DNA from: a virus
DNA: 64,000 nt
IMG/VR virus record: IMGVR_UViG_3300027973_000054
Location: 3,189-67,188 of that record
Direction: 5' to 3' (one strand)
Each line of letters opens with the position of its first letter. The stretch's first letter is position 1. The notes under the pieces are model-generated. The model did no database searches. It was not told the DNA's origin and saw only the letters and a program-made list of their open reading frames with translations. Below are positions 40,671 to 49,174 of the stretch, piece by piece. Position numbers and translations under genes: made by a program.

Positions 40671-41759
40671 TTAGACAATTAGTCCAGCGACTACACGACC
40701 GTCGATACAAACGCGACCCTCTTCGAGAGAACCGTAGAAACCAGTTTTCTCAGAGCGAGCAACGAATTGATCATCTGGAAGAACGGTGAATGTTCCACCG
40801 CTTTCAGATTGACGAGCGATTGGGCGGATAAAGCCTTCTCTGCTTAGGTCGAGACCAACTACGAGTTCTTTTGTAACACTATCAAAAGTTTGTGAACCTT
40901 TGAATGCATCAAATAGAGCGCTGTATTTTTGGCCTACGCCTAGTTCAACGAGTTCATGGAGGGTTACGCCATAAAGCTCTTGAGCGCCAGCACCACGATA
41001 GATTTCTTCACGAACACCATCAGGAAGATTTGTTCCTGCTGTGCCAGTTGTGGTGAATGGTTGATAAGCGAATGCACGGATATCAGCTTTGATTTCTGGA
41101 CTAATAAATAAATCTGTTAGTCCGTATGAATCAGTGGTTGTACCACCAGCATAAGAGGTATTAATTCTTTTTACTAGCGTCATTAGATTGTTTAGATCAT
41201 TTAATGCAAATGAACCAGCTGTTGAAGCGTTGATGATTTGACCACCAGAAACTCCGTTGTTTGTGCCAACGGCTGGAGTACGAGCTTCTGCAAGGGCTTT
41301 TAATACTACTGCCCAAGCATTACGTTCTTGTTTTACAAGAACTTCATTGCTCATTCTCTCTACTGCTTTGCTGACTACATCAATACGGCCAGTACGAGCA
41401 TAGCGCTTTAAGAAGCTGACTGCTGCATCGAGGCGGTATGTTGAAATTTTCAACTCACTGAAGCCTTCTACTGCTGAAGAAGGAAGTCCGCCTGCTACAT
41501 TTTGACTCCAAACTGTAACATAATCTTGACTTTGGTCGAACCATAGATCAAGAGGAAGACTAGGATTATCATCTGCATCATAGGGTGCATCAGTGTAGAT
41601 TGCACTGGCTGTGCCAGCTTGCATTAGAACCTTACTTACGACTGGTCCAATGAAAGCAGCAAAAGCTTCTGAAGCTTCGCGAGCTACTGTAACATCTCTG
41701 CTACCCATAGCTTTTACAAGCTCAACTTGCTCTGGTGTATTTTTTAATTTGATTTTCAT
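40671..41759 (-). CDS. Major capsid protein (HK97 fold)
   Basis: 362 aa after protease and decoration genes; strong SD, biased codons, terminator; LFISPE..ADIR pattern. Confidence 0.8.
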   Translation of the reverse strand: MKIKLKNTPEQVELVKAMGSRDVTVAREASEAFAAFIGPVVSKVLMQAGTASAIYTDAPYDADDNPSLPLDLWFDQSQDYVTVWSQNVAGGLPSSAVEGFSELKISTYRLDAAVSFLKRYARTGRIDVVSKAVERMSNEVLVKQERNAWAVVLKALAEARTPAVGTNNGVSGGQIINASTAGSFALNDLNNLMTLVKRINTSYAGGTTTDSYGLTDLFISPEIKADIRAFAYQPFTTTGTAGTNLPDGVREEIYRGAGAQELYGVTLHELVELGVGQKYSALFDAFKGSQTFDSVTKELVVGLDLSREGFIRPIARQSESGGTFTVLPDDQFVARSEKTGFYGSLEEGRVCIDGRVVAGLIV

Positions 41760-41779
41760 TTTTTATAATTCTCCTTAAA

Positions 41780-42397
41780 TTAGAAGTTGAGTTTGAGTAG
41801 AGCAACACCATTTACTGGTTTGCTAAGTAGACTGCCGACTTTATTGCTTGGTGTTGTACCATTAGCAGTACTGTCAACTGTACTTAGTTCACCTGCATTT
41901 AGGTTACTTAGATAAACTCCTGCGCCAACAGCGGCTGTGTTAGCAATTTCTGTTCCACTATAGACTACAACGCCTCTAGTTAGAACTGGAACACCTTGTC
42001 CACTGACGACTACTCCCTTTTCAGCAGCTTTGCGTGGGAAGTGAACGAGCTTTTGGCCGTTTTCGTCTAGTTCTTGGGTGGTTACTAATGTGATTCCGAG
42101 AGCCGCTACGCCTGATGTTGCAGCTGTTACTTTTGCTGTTAAAGCATAGCGATCAGAAACTACATTTGTAAATCCTGCGCCTACTGCACCAGCTAGATCA
42201 ACTGGGATTGCACCTAGAAATCCTGTTCCACCTGGAGTTGTAGAGGCTACGATTGGTTGAAAACCGTTTCCGATAACTTTAACTACTGTACCTGCAGTGG
42301 CAATAACGCCATTAGCGTCTTGAGCTCCACTGTAAGCAAATAGGTTGACTACATCATGTTCGCTGTAATCTCTGAATGGTCTTAATGTATGTGCCAT
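41780..42397 (-). CDS. Capsid decoration/cement protein
   Basis: Ala/Gly/Val-rich beta protein between scaffold and capsid; AAGGAG SD. Confidence 0.65.
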   Translation of the reverse strand: MAHTLRPFRDYSEHDVVNLFAYSGAQDANGVIATAGTVVKVIGNGFQPIVASTTPGGTGFLGAIPVDLAGAVGAGFTNVVSDRYALTAKVTAATSGVAALGITLVTTQELDENGQKLVHFPRKAAEKGVVVSGQGVPVLTRGVVVYSGTEIANTAAVGAGVYLSNLNAGELSTVDSTANGTTPSNKVGSLLSKPVNGVALLKLNF

Positions 42398-42418
42398 AGT
42401 ATTTTTCTCCTTATTTGT

Positions 42419-43963
42419 TTATTTAATATCAAATCCTTCAAGACCGAAAGCTTTGCTATATTTTTCACGTAGCGAAGGCTCAACGGTTGTTGTTGAATTT
42501 GGAATTGAATTTGTTTCGATATTTGAATTATCGAGAACTTCGTCTACAACTTCGGTTGCAGATTGTTCAGAAGCTGTTGAAGCTTTAACTTCTTCGGTTA
42601 CTTGAGTAACTTCAGAGGCTTTAGCTTTTTTCATTTCTTCTTCTTTTGCTTTTTTAGCCATTTTACTTTTTTCTTTCATAAGAACGGCCATCTTATTTTT
42701 GTAAGCAGCAAAAGTTTCATCATTCAAATCTTTTACGTCAGTAGCTAGAACTTGACGATCTTCATCTGTTAGATCATATTCTTCGTCAAGAGAAGCCATT
42801 CTTATGTTAAATGCTTCTTCTTTAATTTTAGCAGCTTTTTCTTCCTCTAATTGAGCAAGAATAGCTTTGAGTTTTTCTAGCTCTTCTTTTACTTTTCCAC
42901 TCTCTGTTGAAAGTGATTCGTATTTTTCTTGAGCGGCTTTAATAGCGTTATCTTTTTCAGTTCTTTCGGCTACGAAAGTTTCTGAGGCTTTCTTTAGCTC
43001 GTCTTGAATGAAATCGGCTACGCTAGAAGCAGTTACTTGCTTCAAAAGCTCGTCTGTTATTTGGTTGATATTTTCTATTTTCATAATTATTCTGTTTATA
43101 ACTCCTTCTTCATTTACAGTATTTTCTTCATCTTGTGAAATTTTATTTTCATAAGATACTTCTGAAGAGTCTGACATTTGGTCATTTTCTTCTGTTTTGG
43201 ATAATTCAATATCCATTTGATTTTCGTCTTTGACGGCTACTCCTTGAACATCAGCAGCAGGATTGGCTGTTAAACCTATTCCTAATGGAATAACATTTCC
43301 TAATACTTGACGATAAATAGATGTATTTTTATCTACTCTACCAGAGCCACCAAAAGCTTTTAAATTTTTCTTTAATTTCTCTTTTTCTTTTTCATTAGAT
43401 ACAAATGTGCCATCTTCTAGATTTTTATTATTGCCATTTAATAGAACTAAATCATATTCATTAAATCCAAGCTCCCAGCTAGCGCTAACATTCATGTAAT
43501 TTTCGCTAGAAGGATCATTGCTTTCTTCGATAAGATTAGATAATTGAGGATTAATAATTTTCCAGATTACTCCACCTAGAGTAATATAATAAGGTTCTTT
43601 CATCTTTTTGGCTTCATCTTCTGTGATAACTTTATTATCGCCGAACTTACTAAAACTAGCCGTTAATATGCAACCAACAACTTTTGTTCTATCATGTTCA
43701 ACATTAATTGGTTTATTAACGAAATTTTTAAGCATTTCTACTGCTGTAGAAGAGTCTACTACATCACCATTTTTATTAACTCTATTAACTACGCAAGCAT
43801 CAAAAGCAATAGGAAGAAGATCAATATTCTTGTCTGTGTCAATATTTGGTACAAATTTCTTTAAACTATCAATAGAAGCTAATGAAAGATATTTATCTTT
43901 CTCTTCACTAACTAGTGGTTTAACTTGTAAATTTGCAAATGTGGTTGTAAATTCAAAATTCAT
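42419..43963 (-). CDS. Prohead protease-scaffold fusion
   Basis: NKNGD...FVNKPINVEHD...VSASWE...GIGLTANPAAD protease domain plus C-terminal charged coiled coil. Confidence 0.75.
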   Translation of the reverse strand: MNFEFTTTFANLQVKPLVSEEKDKYLSLASIDSLKKFVPNIDTDKNIDLLPIAFDACVVNRVNKNGDVVDSSTAVEMLKNFVNKPINVEHDRTKVVGCILTASFSKFGDNKVITEDEAKKMKEPYYITLGGVIWKIINPQLSNLIEESNDPSSENYMNVSASWELGFNEYDLVLLNGNNKNLEDGTFVSNEKEKEKLKKNLKAFGGSGRVDKNTSIYRQVLGNVIPLGIGLTANPAADVQGVAVKDENQMDIELSKTEENDQMSDSSEVSYENKISQDEENTVNEEGVINRIIMKIENINQITDELLKQVTASSVADFIQDELKKASETFVAERTEKDNAIKAAQEKYESLSTESGKVKEELEKLKAILAQLEEEKAAKIKEEAFNIRMASLDEEYDLTDEDRQVLATDVKDLNDETFAAYKNKMAVLMKEKSKMAKKAKEEEMKKAKASEVTQVTEEVKASTASEQSATEVVDEVLDNSNIETNSIPNSTTTVEPSLREKYSKAFGLEGFDIK

Positions 43964-43967
43964 ATTT

Positions 43968-44561
43968 TTATATGTTATTGCCTAATCCGTAAATAGTTAC
44001 ACCATCGTCTTCATCTTCTAGATATAATTCTTCTGCACTGTTAAAATCAAAATCATTTAAATCAAAATTTTTAATATCTTCTTGTGCTTGGGCAAAATCT
44101 TCATCATCTGGTTCAAAATTAGCTTCAATTATATAATTATTAGATGAACCACGAGCAATATCACTATCAGCTTTTCTATAAGAATCTTTTACTTTACCAC
44201 CACTTACCATTTTTAAAAACATATTTACGCGTGCCATAGCCCAACCACCTCTAGTCATTCCTGGTCTGTGAGAAGAAGAAAATGCTCCTGCACCACGACG
44301 ATATACTTTTTTTAATTGACCAAGAGTTACTTTTTTCTTATTTTTACTATTGTGTTCTTTAACTTTATTTTTAAGAGCTTCAATTACTTTTTTAGAAAAT
44401 TCAATAGCTTTATCGCTTTTTGTGCCTGCACTTCCAGGTTTATTACGAGAAGAACCTTTTTTTCTTTCTGAAGGTTTTGATGGTGTTTGAGCTGCGGATT
44501 TTCGACCAGATCTTTTAGCTTTAATCAAATCAAAGCCGTATTGTTCAGAATTGTAATTCAT
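43968..44561 (-). CDS. Basic head-associated protein (DUF5824-like)
   Basis: LKKVYRRGAGAFSSSHRPGMTRGGWAMARVNMFL; ATG 44561 preferred; GTGTATA variant motif at 44576-44582. Confidence 0.55.
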   Translation of the reverse strand: MNYNSEQYGFDLIKAKRSGRKSAAQTPSKPSERKKGSSRNKPGSAGTKSDKAIEFSKKVIEALKNKVKEHNSKNKKKVTLGQLKKVYRRGAGAFSSSHRPGMTRGGWAMARVNMFLKMVSGGKVKDSYRKADSDIARGSSNNYIIEANFEPDDEDFAQAQEDIKNFDLNDFDFNSAEELYLEDEDDGVTIYGLGNNI

Positions 44562-44611
44562 ATTCTTATATATAATATACACCTAAACGTTATATTTTTA
44601 ATTAATTTTAA

Positions 44612-44761
44612 TTATTTTTTGTATAATTCTTTGGTTACATCATCTGCAGAACCCATAGTGGGAGTTTCTGGATATTTAGTTGGTAATTCTCTGCTTTCAT
44701 AATTCGGCTCAGAACAGCTAATTAATAAAAATAAAGGTAGTATCAATATTAATTTTTTCAT
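44612..44761 (-). CDS. Small lipoprotein, 49 aa (not in ORF track)
   Basis: MKKLILILPLFLLIS-C-SEPNYESRELPTKYPETPTMGSADDVTKELYKK; GTGTAAT 7 nt upstream. Confidence 0.7.
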   Translation of the reverse strand: MKKLILILPLFLLISCSEPNYESRELPTKYPETPTMGSADDVTKELYKK

Positions 44762-44768
44762 AATAGTT

Positions 44769-44775
44769 ATTACAC
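44769..44775 (-). promoter_or_regulatory. GTGTAAT putative late promoter formed by endolysin last codon and stop
   Basis: GTG TAA T, 7 nt before ATG 44761. Confidence 0.65.
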
Positions 44776-45396
44776 ATTTAATGATTCTTCTATTAATTTA
44801 GCTTCTGCGTCTCGCCTTCTACTCATGCCCTTTTCTATGCTTCCACCAATCCATATTCTTTTCATATTTCTTATTTGATTAGCAATAAATGATAAAGCTT
44901 TTTGATCATAGTTCGATACTAATTTCATACCATCTCTTATTAATTTCATTTCGCGGCGACGATCACCTTCTAAAGCTGCTCCTCTATTAAATACAAGACT
45001 AACCAATCCACCTTTTGCATCTTCTGGAAGATTATCAAAATTTGGAAATGTATTACGAGTTAAGTTATAAAATTTAGTTACAGTTTTATTATTAAATACT
45101 TTTAGCGCAAGTTCCCAAGGAATAGTTATATCTTTTAATCCTCTTATAAGATTTTTTGTATTATATCCTTTAATACCAACTACTTTATATAATCTATCAA
45201 AAGTTTCTTTAGGAAGATCTTTCCAATCTTCACTAAATTCTGTTTTATTTACATAACCCAAATCGTAACCAACGCCAATAGTTACTCCACTTTGCTCTCC
45301 TGGCCATGCTGGATTTTTTAAAAATTTATTGTAATAATTTTCTCCACCACCAACTTCAAATTCTAAAACAAGATCAAGAGATTTTTTTGAAAGCAT
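44770..45396 (-). CDS. Endolysin (pesticin-like/GH24 lysozyme fold)
   Basis: FEVGGG, SGVTIGVGYDLG, LVSLVFNRG, RRRDAEAKL. Confidence 0.85.
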   Translation of the reverse strand: MLSKKSLDLVLEFEVGGGENYYNKFLKNPAWPGEQSGVTIGVGYDLGYVNKTEFSEDWKDLPKETFDRLYKVVGIKGYNTKNLIRGLKDITIPWELALKVFNNKTVTKFYNLTRNTFPNFDNLPEDAKGGLVSLVFNRGAALEGDRRREMKLIRDGMKLVSNYDQKALSFIANQIRNMKRIWIGGSIEKGMSRRRDAEAKLIEESLNV

Positions 45397-45405
45397 TTTT
45401 ATATT

Positions 45406-45675
45406 TTACCATTCAGCCATGGAAACTCTTATCCAGTTATTATCTCCTGCACCATAATAAATATAATCACCATCTGAAGCTAATTGTCCACTTGAACCTG
45501 GAGATGATATAGTTGAAGGATAATATGTACTATAATCATATAAATTTAAAAGACCAGTTTGTGATGCTACTTCATACGGAAGATAAGTTGATAGGTATCC
45601 TAGTCCTTGATTTTGTTTAGAAATTAAAAGTGTATTATTTTTTGCCTGATTATAGGAAAAAGAAATTTCGCCCAT
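45406..45675 (-). CDS. Small virion protein with fibre-type C-terminal module
   Basis: PSTISSPGSSGQLASDGDYIYY....NWIRV. Confidence 0.6.
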   Translation of the reverse strand: MGEISFSYNQAKNNTLLISKQNQGLGYLSTYLPYEVASQTGLLNLYDYSTYYPSTISSPGSSGQLASDGDYIYYGAGDNNWIRVSMAEW

Positions 45676-45681
45676 TTTATA

Positions 45682-45903
45682 TTACCATTCAGCTAGAGCT
45701 GTTCTAACCCATAGATTGGTAGCTTTACAAAAATAAAGATAATTACTATCTGCGGTAATTTGCCCCGCTGTTCCTGGAGATGTTGAAGTTGCTGGAACAT
45801 AAGATGTATCCATTACAAATCCTCCATCATATCCAGGGCCAGCATCTGTGATAAAATCTGCTAAAGATGCTATAAAATCTGCTGGAAATTCTTCTGTTTT
45901 CAT
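45682..45903 (-). CDS. Small virion protein, paralogue of 45406-45675 C-terminus
   Basis: PATSTSPGTAGQITADSNYLYFCKATNLWVRTALAEW. Confidence 0.6.
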   Translation of the reverse strand: MKTEEFPADFIASLADFITDAGPGYDGGFVMDTSYVPATSTSPGTAGQITADSNYLYFCKATNLWVRTALAEW

Positions 45904-45913
45904 TGTATATTAG

Positions 45914-45920
45914 ATTACAC
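45914..45920 (-). promoter_or_regulatory. GTGTAAT putative late promoter
   Basis: 10 nt before ATG 45903. Confidence 0.65.
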
Positions 45921-45924
45921 AATT

Positions 45925-46002
45925 TTAAGAGTTTATTATAATAATTTCGCCACCACCAATTTCAAATGCAAGAACAAGATCTAAAGATTTTTTATTTAAC
46001 AT
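45925..46002 (-). pseudogene. Truncated, frameshifted 5' remnant of an endolysin allele
   Basis: MLNKKSLDLVLAFEIGGGE versus endolysin MLSKKSLDLVLEFEVGGGE; adding one A restores NYYNKLLK. Confidence 0.8.
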
Positions 46003-46004
46003 AA

Positions 46005-46579
46005 TTAATCATATCTATACATTTCTGCGCCCCATAAAGCAAACCTTACTCCTGCGGTAATATCTGCACAAAAAACGCAGTTATATAACTATTCATGCTA
46101 GGACCAGTAGTAAATGTTATAGTAAACTTTTGCCATGTAGAAGTTAAGTTTCCAAGCGCTTCTATAACTACTCTGTCGCCACCTCCGTCTTTTGTTACGT
46201 TTACTATTTGACCATCAGTAGCCACTCCAAGAGTTGATTTTGCCCAAATAGAAAATTCATATTTAGTATATGGTCTCCAGTATTCAAGAAATCCTTGAGA
46301 TACAAAAGAGTTACCTGTGTCCAAAGATTCATATTCTACTGCTGTATTAGAACCATCTGGAGCTGTAGTTTTTCCAATTCTAGAAGTACTGCTTGCTAGA
46401 TACCATCCAGGACCGTCAAGAGGATTCACGGCTGGACATGTATCTGTATCTACTTCAAAAGGACATGTAAATAAATTAGTTCGTTTATTTATTTTTATTT
46501 TTCCACGACCAAGATTTTGTTTTTTAATAGAAATCTTGTTATTTTTACTTAAATTAGAATTAACTTGTAAGCGACCCAT
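46005..46579 (-). CDS. Carbohydrate-binding (CBM4-like/head-fibre) protein, frameshifted near 3' end
   Basis: TAPDGSNTA, YEFSIWAKS, LTSTWQKFTITFTT; expected ...FALWGAEM terminus lies in another frame after a T6 run. Confidence 0.55.
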
Positions 46580-46584
46580 TTTAT

Positions 46585-47001
46585 TTAATTATTTATTTTA
46601 TCTATCGTCTTGTCTAGTATATTATCTGCTGGGACTTTTTCTTTTAACCAACTATTAAGAACTCCAAAATAAACAAGATGTTCGCTATCAATAATATATA
46701 ATTCATTATTAAAATTATCTTTATAAGGTTTGATACCAGAATCAATTTTTAGTTCTATTGCTTTTTCTTTTTTAAATTTAATTTTATACATGCTAATTAA
46801 ATTATTATATCTCTCGCGCGCTTGAGAAGTAATTAACGCATCATCTCCAACAAAAGAAATTAATCCACTATTATCTTTTTGATATTGCTTTGGAGTACTT
46901 GCGTCATATGAAGATTTGTCATCTTCTATTTTATTTGGTGTCACAGTAGCACAACCAATTAGAAAAAAATTAAGAGCTAATACGCTTGCGAACTTCTTCA
47001 A
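46585..47001 (-). CDS. Lipoprotein, o-spanin candidate
   Basis: Lipobox FLIG-C; start overlaps 3' end of upstream gene. Confidence 0.55.
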   Translation of the reverse strand: MKKFASVLALNFFLIGCATVTPNKIEDDKSSYDASTPKQYQKDNSGLISFVGDDALITSQARERYNNLISMYKIKFKKEKAIELKIDSGIKPYKDNFNNELYIIDSEHLVYFGVLNSWLKEKVPADNILDKTIDKINN

Positions 47002-47170
47002 GATTTTTCTCCTGTACTTCTTTTTCTATTTCACTTTGATAGTGGACTTCTTTTTGAGCTTCTTGACGCTCTTTCATTTCTTTTGTATTCTTTGCGCCGA
47101 ATACGTTATTGATTGCTGCGAATATTCCAGATACTGCTGAGAGTAATGCTTGGAGTATTCCAGTTGGCAT
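46970..47170 (-). CDS. i-spanin-like small protein
   Basis: Hydrophobic N-terminal helix plus charged coiled coil, in lysis cassette. Confidence 0.45.
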   Translation of the reverse strand: MPTGILQALLSAVSGIFAAINNVFGAKNTKEMKERQEAQKEVHYQSEIEKEVQEKNLEEVRKRISS

Positions 47171-47172
47171 AA

Positions 47173-47622
47173 TTACTCTACGTAACTTGCTGTAGCATCT
47201 TTACATCCAGATGCAATAGCGTTAAGTACCTTAATAGCAAGTGCGGTATTACCATCTAGCCTTGCAAATTGTTGAGCATAAAGATCTTTGATTACAGTAA
47301 CATAATTTGCCCAATGAGTTTTTTCACTTGGAAGATAATCGTTAAGAGCTTTTTGTAATTGTTCTGGAGTCGGAGTATTTCCAGCCGTTAATCCTTCTAC
47401 AATTGCTGCAACATGATTAATCATTTTAGCTTTTTCAATTCTATCGTTACCAGAAACTGCTTGATCAAGAACAACAGTGCAAGCTAATACTACTGCTGGC
47501 TTAACATAAGGAAGAGTATTTTCAACACTTGTTGCAACATCAACTTTTCCAGTATTGGTTGTAGCGCAAGCGCCAAGAAATACGCTCAAAAGAGCAACTG
47601 CGGTTAATTGTAATTTATTCAT
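47173..47622 (-). CDS. Lipoprotein
   Basis: MNKLQLTAVALLSVFLGA-C lipobox; helical. Confidence 0.7.
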   Translation of the reverse strand: MNKLQLTAVALLSVFLGACATTNTGKVDVATSVENTLPYVKPAVVLACTVVLDQAVSGNDRIEKAKMINHVAAIVEGLTAGNTPTPEQLQKALNDYLPSEKTHWANYVTVIKDLYAQQFARLDGNTALAIKVLNAIASGCKDATASYVE

Positions 47623-47903
47623 ATGTTTTCTCCATTTGTTCTATCTTTTGCTTCACTTGTTTGAGCTACTGTTCCACCAGTAACTGCTGCATCTTTTACT
47701 GTAAGTGCAAAAACTATTCCAGAAACAACTGCGATTAATTTTGCAATTCCAAGAATATAAATTTCTGCCTTATCTGGAAGAAAGGCTACTAGACTTGGAT
47801 CTGAATGAATTGCTATTGCTGTGCAAACTGCTACAACCGTAGCAATTCCAGATGAGCTAGATCTCCAATTAGGGCCAAATATTTTAGATAGCATAGTTTT
47901 CAT
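47619..47903 (-). CDS. Holin candidate
   Basis: 94 aa, two TM helices, NWRSS..G and KDAAVTGG motifs, M-K-T-M possible dual start. Confidence 0.6.
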   Translation of the reverse strand: MKTMLSKIFGPNWRSSSSGIATVVAVCTAIAIHSDPSLVAFLPDKAEIYILGIAKLIAVVSGIVFALTVKDAAVTGGTVAQTSEAKDRTNGENI

Positions 47904-47908
47904 AAGAT

Positions 47909-47947
47909 ATTACACTATATTATATATATTAAAAATTAAAATATCAA
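47909..47947 (-). promoter_or_regulatory. Tandem promoters: TTGATA-N17-TATAAT followed by GTGTAAT
   Basis: -35 at 47942-47947, -10 at 47919-47924, GTGTAAT at 47909-47915. Confidence 0.6.
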
Positions 47948-49144
47948 TACTTTCTTTGTATTATTCAAAACTCCATACAATACATTTCCACTAACAAATA
48001 ATCCTCTTCTTCCAAAATCTGGATCAAGATTAAAATCAAAACTTAATGTGGCAGTTTTATTGCTTCCGATAGAAGAATCGTAGTTAATATTTGTAAATTT
48101 ACAGCCACTAAAGATTAATTTTGTTGCATCTACTCCGACTTTACTATTGTTGAAATTAACAATAATATTGTAATCTTCATCTCTATTTAATGTATCGAAA
48201 AACGAGCCAGAAAGATCTTCTTTAATAATAAAACTTGTATTTAATTTTCCATTAATTGGAAATTCTATTTTTCTTAATAATGGGAATTTGTAATTAATTG
48301 CTCTGTAAGATTTTCTATTAAAAGATAATGAATAATCTAAGCTTTGAATTATATCATTATAAAATAAAACTCCAGTAGTATTATTTGTATAAAAAGTAAC
48401 ACTAGCATTTCCTGGCAAAAGAATATTTTGTCCACTTATTGTGTTTTGATTGTAATTTAAAGCTTTTGGAATAATGATTGTATCATTACTTGCTTGATTT
48501 ATTCCAGATCTTAAATCTAAGAAAGTATACTTTACTCCAGACCCACTAGTATAAAAAACAATATTATCTGCAACATAACTTTGATTTACTACTGGTAAAT
48601 TTCCAAGTGAAACATTAAAAGAATATTCATTGAGATAAGAGTTTTGAAAATGTAATAGTCCATAATTTTGACTATTTGAGTTTATTACTTGAGTAACATT
48701 AGTTGGATTAATTAAAGAATTTGTTAATGTTGCATTTTCAGAAAACAAATCGTCAACATTTTTATTTATAACAAGATAAAAATCTCTATCATTTAATAAT
48801 CCGCTATTAGTACATAATCCAGAAAACATTGGTGCATTAAATCCAGAAAAATGATTAACATTAAAATTTAACCTATTCTCATTTGTAACCCCATCAGGAA
48901 TATAAGAAAAATTAAAAGCAACCTCTGGGGATGTGTTTACGCCTTGAAAAATATTTTGTTTTTGACCAAAACCTTGGGCATTTAATCTTGGTTGTTGAAT
49001 TGAATAATTAAAATTTTGTATTTTTTCTAATCTTTTAAGAATAATATTATTAGCCAAATAATAATCAGAACTCGCATTTTGTTCTCCACTATATGGAGCA
49101 ACATATAAACCTTCTACATTGTAGATTATTCTATTTCTGGCCAT
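47936..49144 (-). CDS. Second tail-tube-like protein (paralogue of 16424-17572)
   Basis: Shared MARNRIIY, L.(R/K)IQ..NYS, R.I(D/E)FP, Y.S.IGSNK..TL.F, GLF..G. Confidence 0.7.
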   Translation of the reverse strand: MARNRIIYNVEGLYVAPYSGEQNASSDYYLANNIILKRLEKIQNFNYSIQQPRLNAQGFGQKQNIFQGVNTSPEVAFNFSYIPDGVTNENRLNFNVNHFSGFNAPMFSGLCTNSGLLNDRDFYLVINKNVDDLFSENATLTNSLINPTNVTQVINSNSQNYGLLHFQNSYLNEYSFNVSLGNLPVVNQSYVADNIVFYTSGSGVKYTFLDLRSGINQASNDTIIIPKALNYNQNTISGQNILLPGNASVTFYTNNTTGVLFYNDIIQSLDYSLSFNRKSYRAINYKFPLLRKIEFPINGKLNTSFIIKEDLSGSFFDTLNRDEDYNIIVNFNNSKVGVDATKLIFSGCKFTNINYDSSIGSNKTATLSFDFNLDPDFGRRGLFVSGNVLYGVLNNTKKVLIF

Positions 49145-49164
49145 AACCTTAATCCTTGTATAGG

Positions 49165-49171
49165 ATTACAC
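49165..49171 (-). promoter_or_regulatory. GTGTAAT putative late promoter overlapping an SD-masking hairpin
   Basis: 20 nt before ATG; TAATCCT/AGGATTA inverted repeat at 49150-49168. Confidence 0.7.
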
Positions 49172-49174
49172 TTT

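Noticed and set aside
45316-46002. Endolysin duplicate as a DGR template/variable pair
   Set aside because: Differences are not adenine-specific, lie at the 5' end, and no reverse transcriptase is in the window
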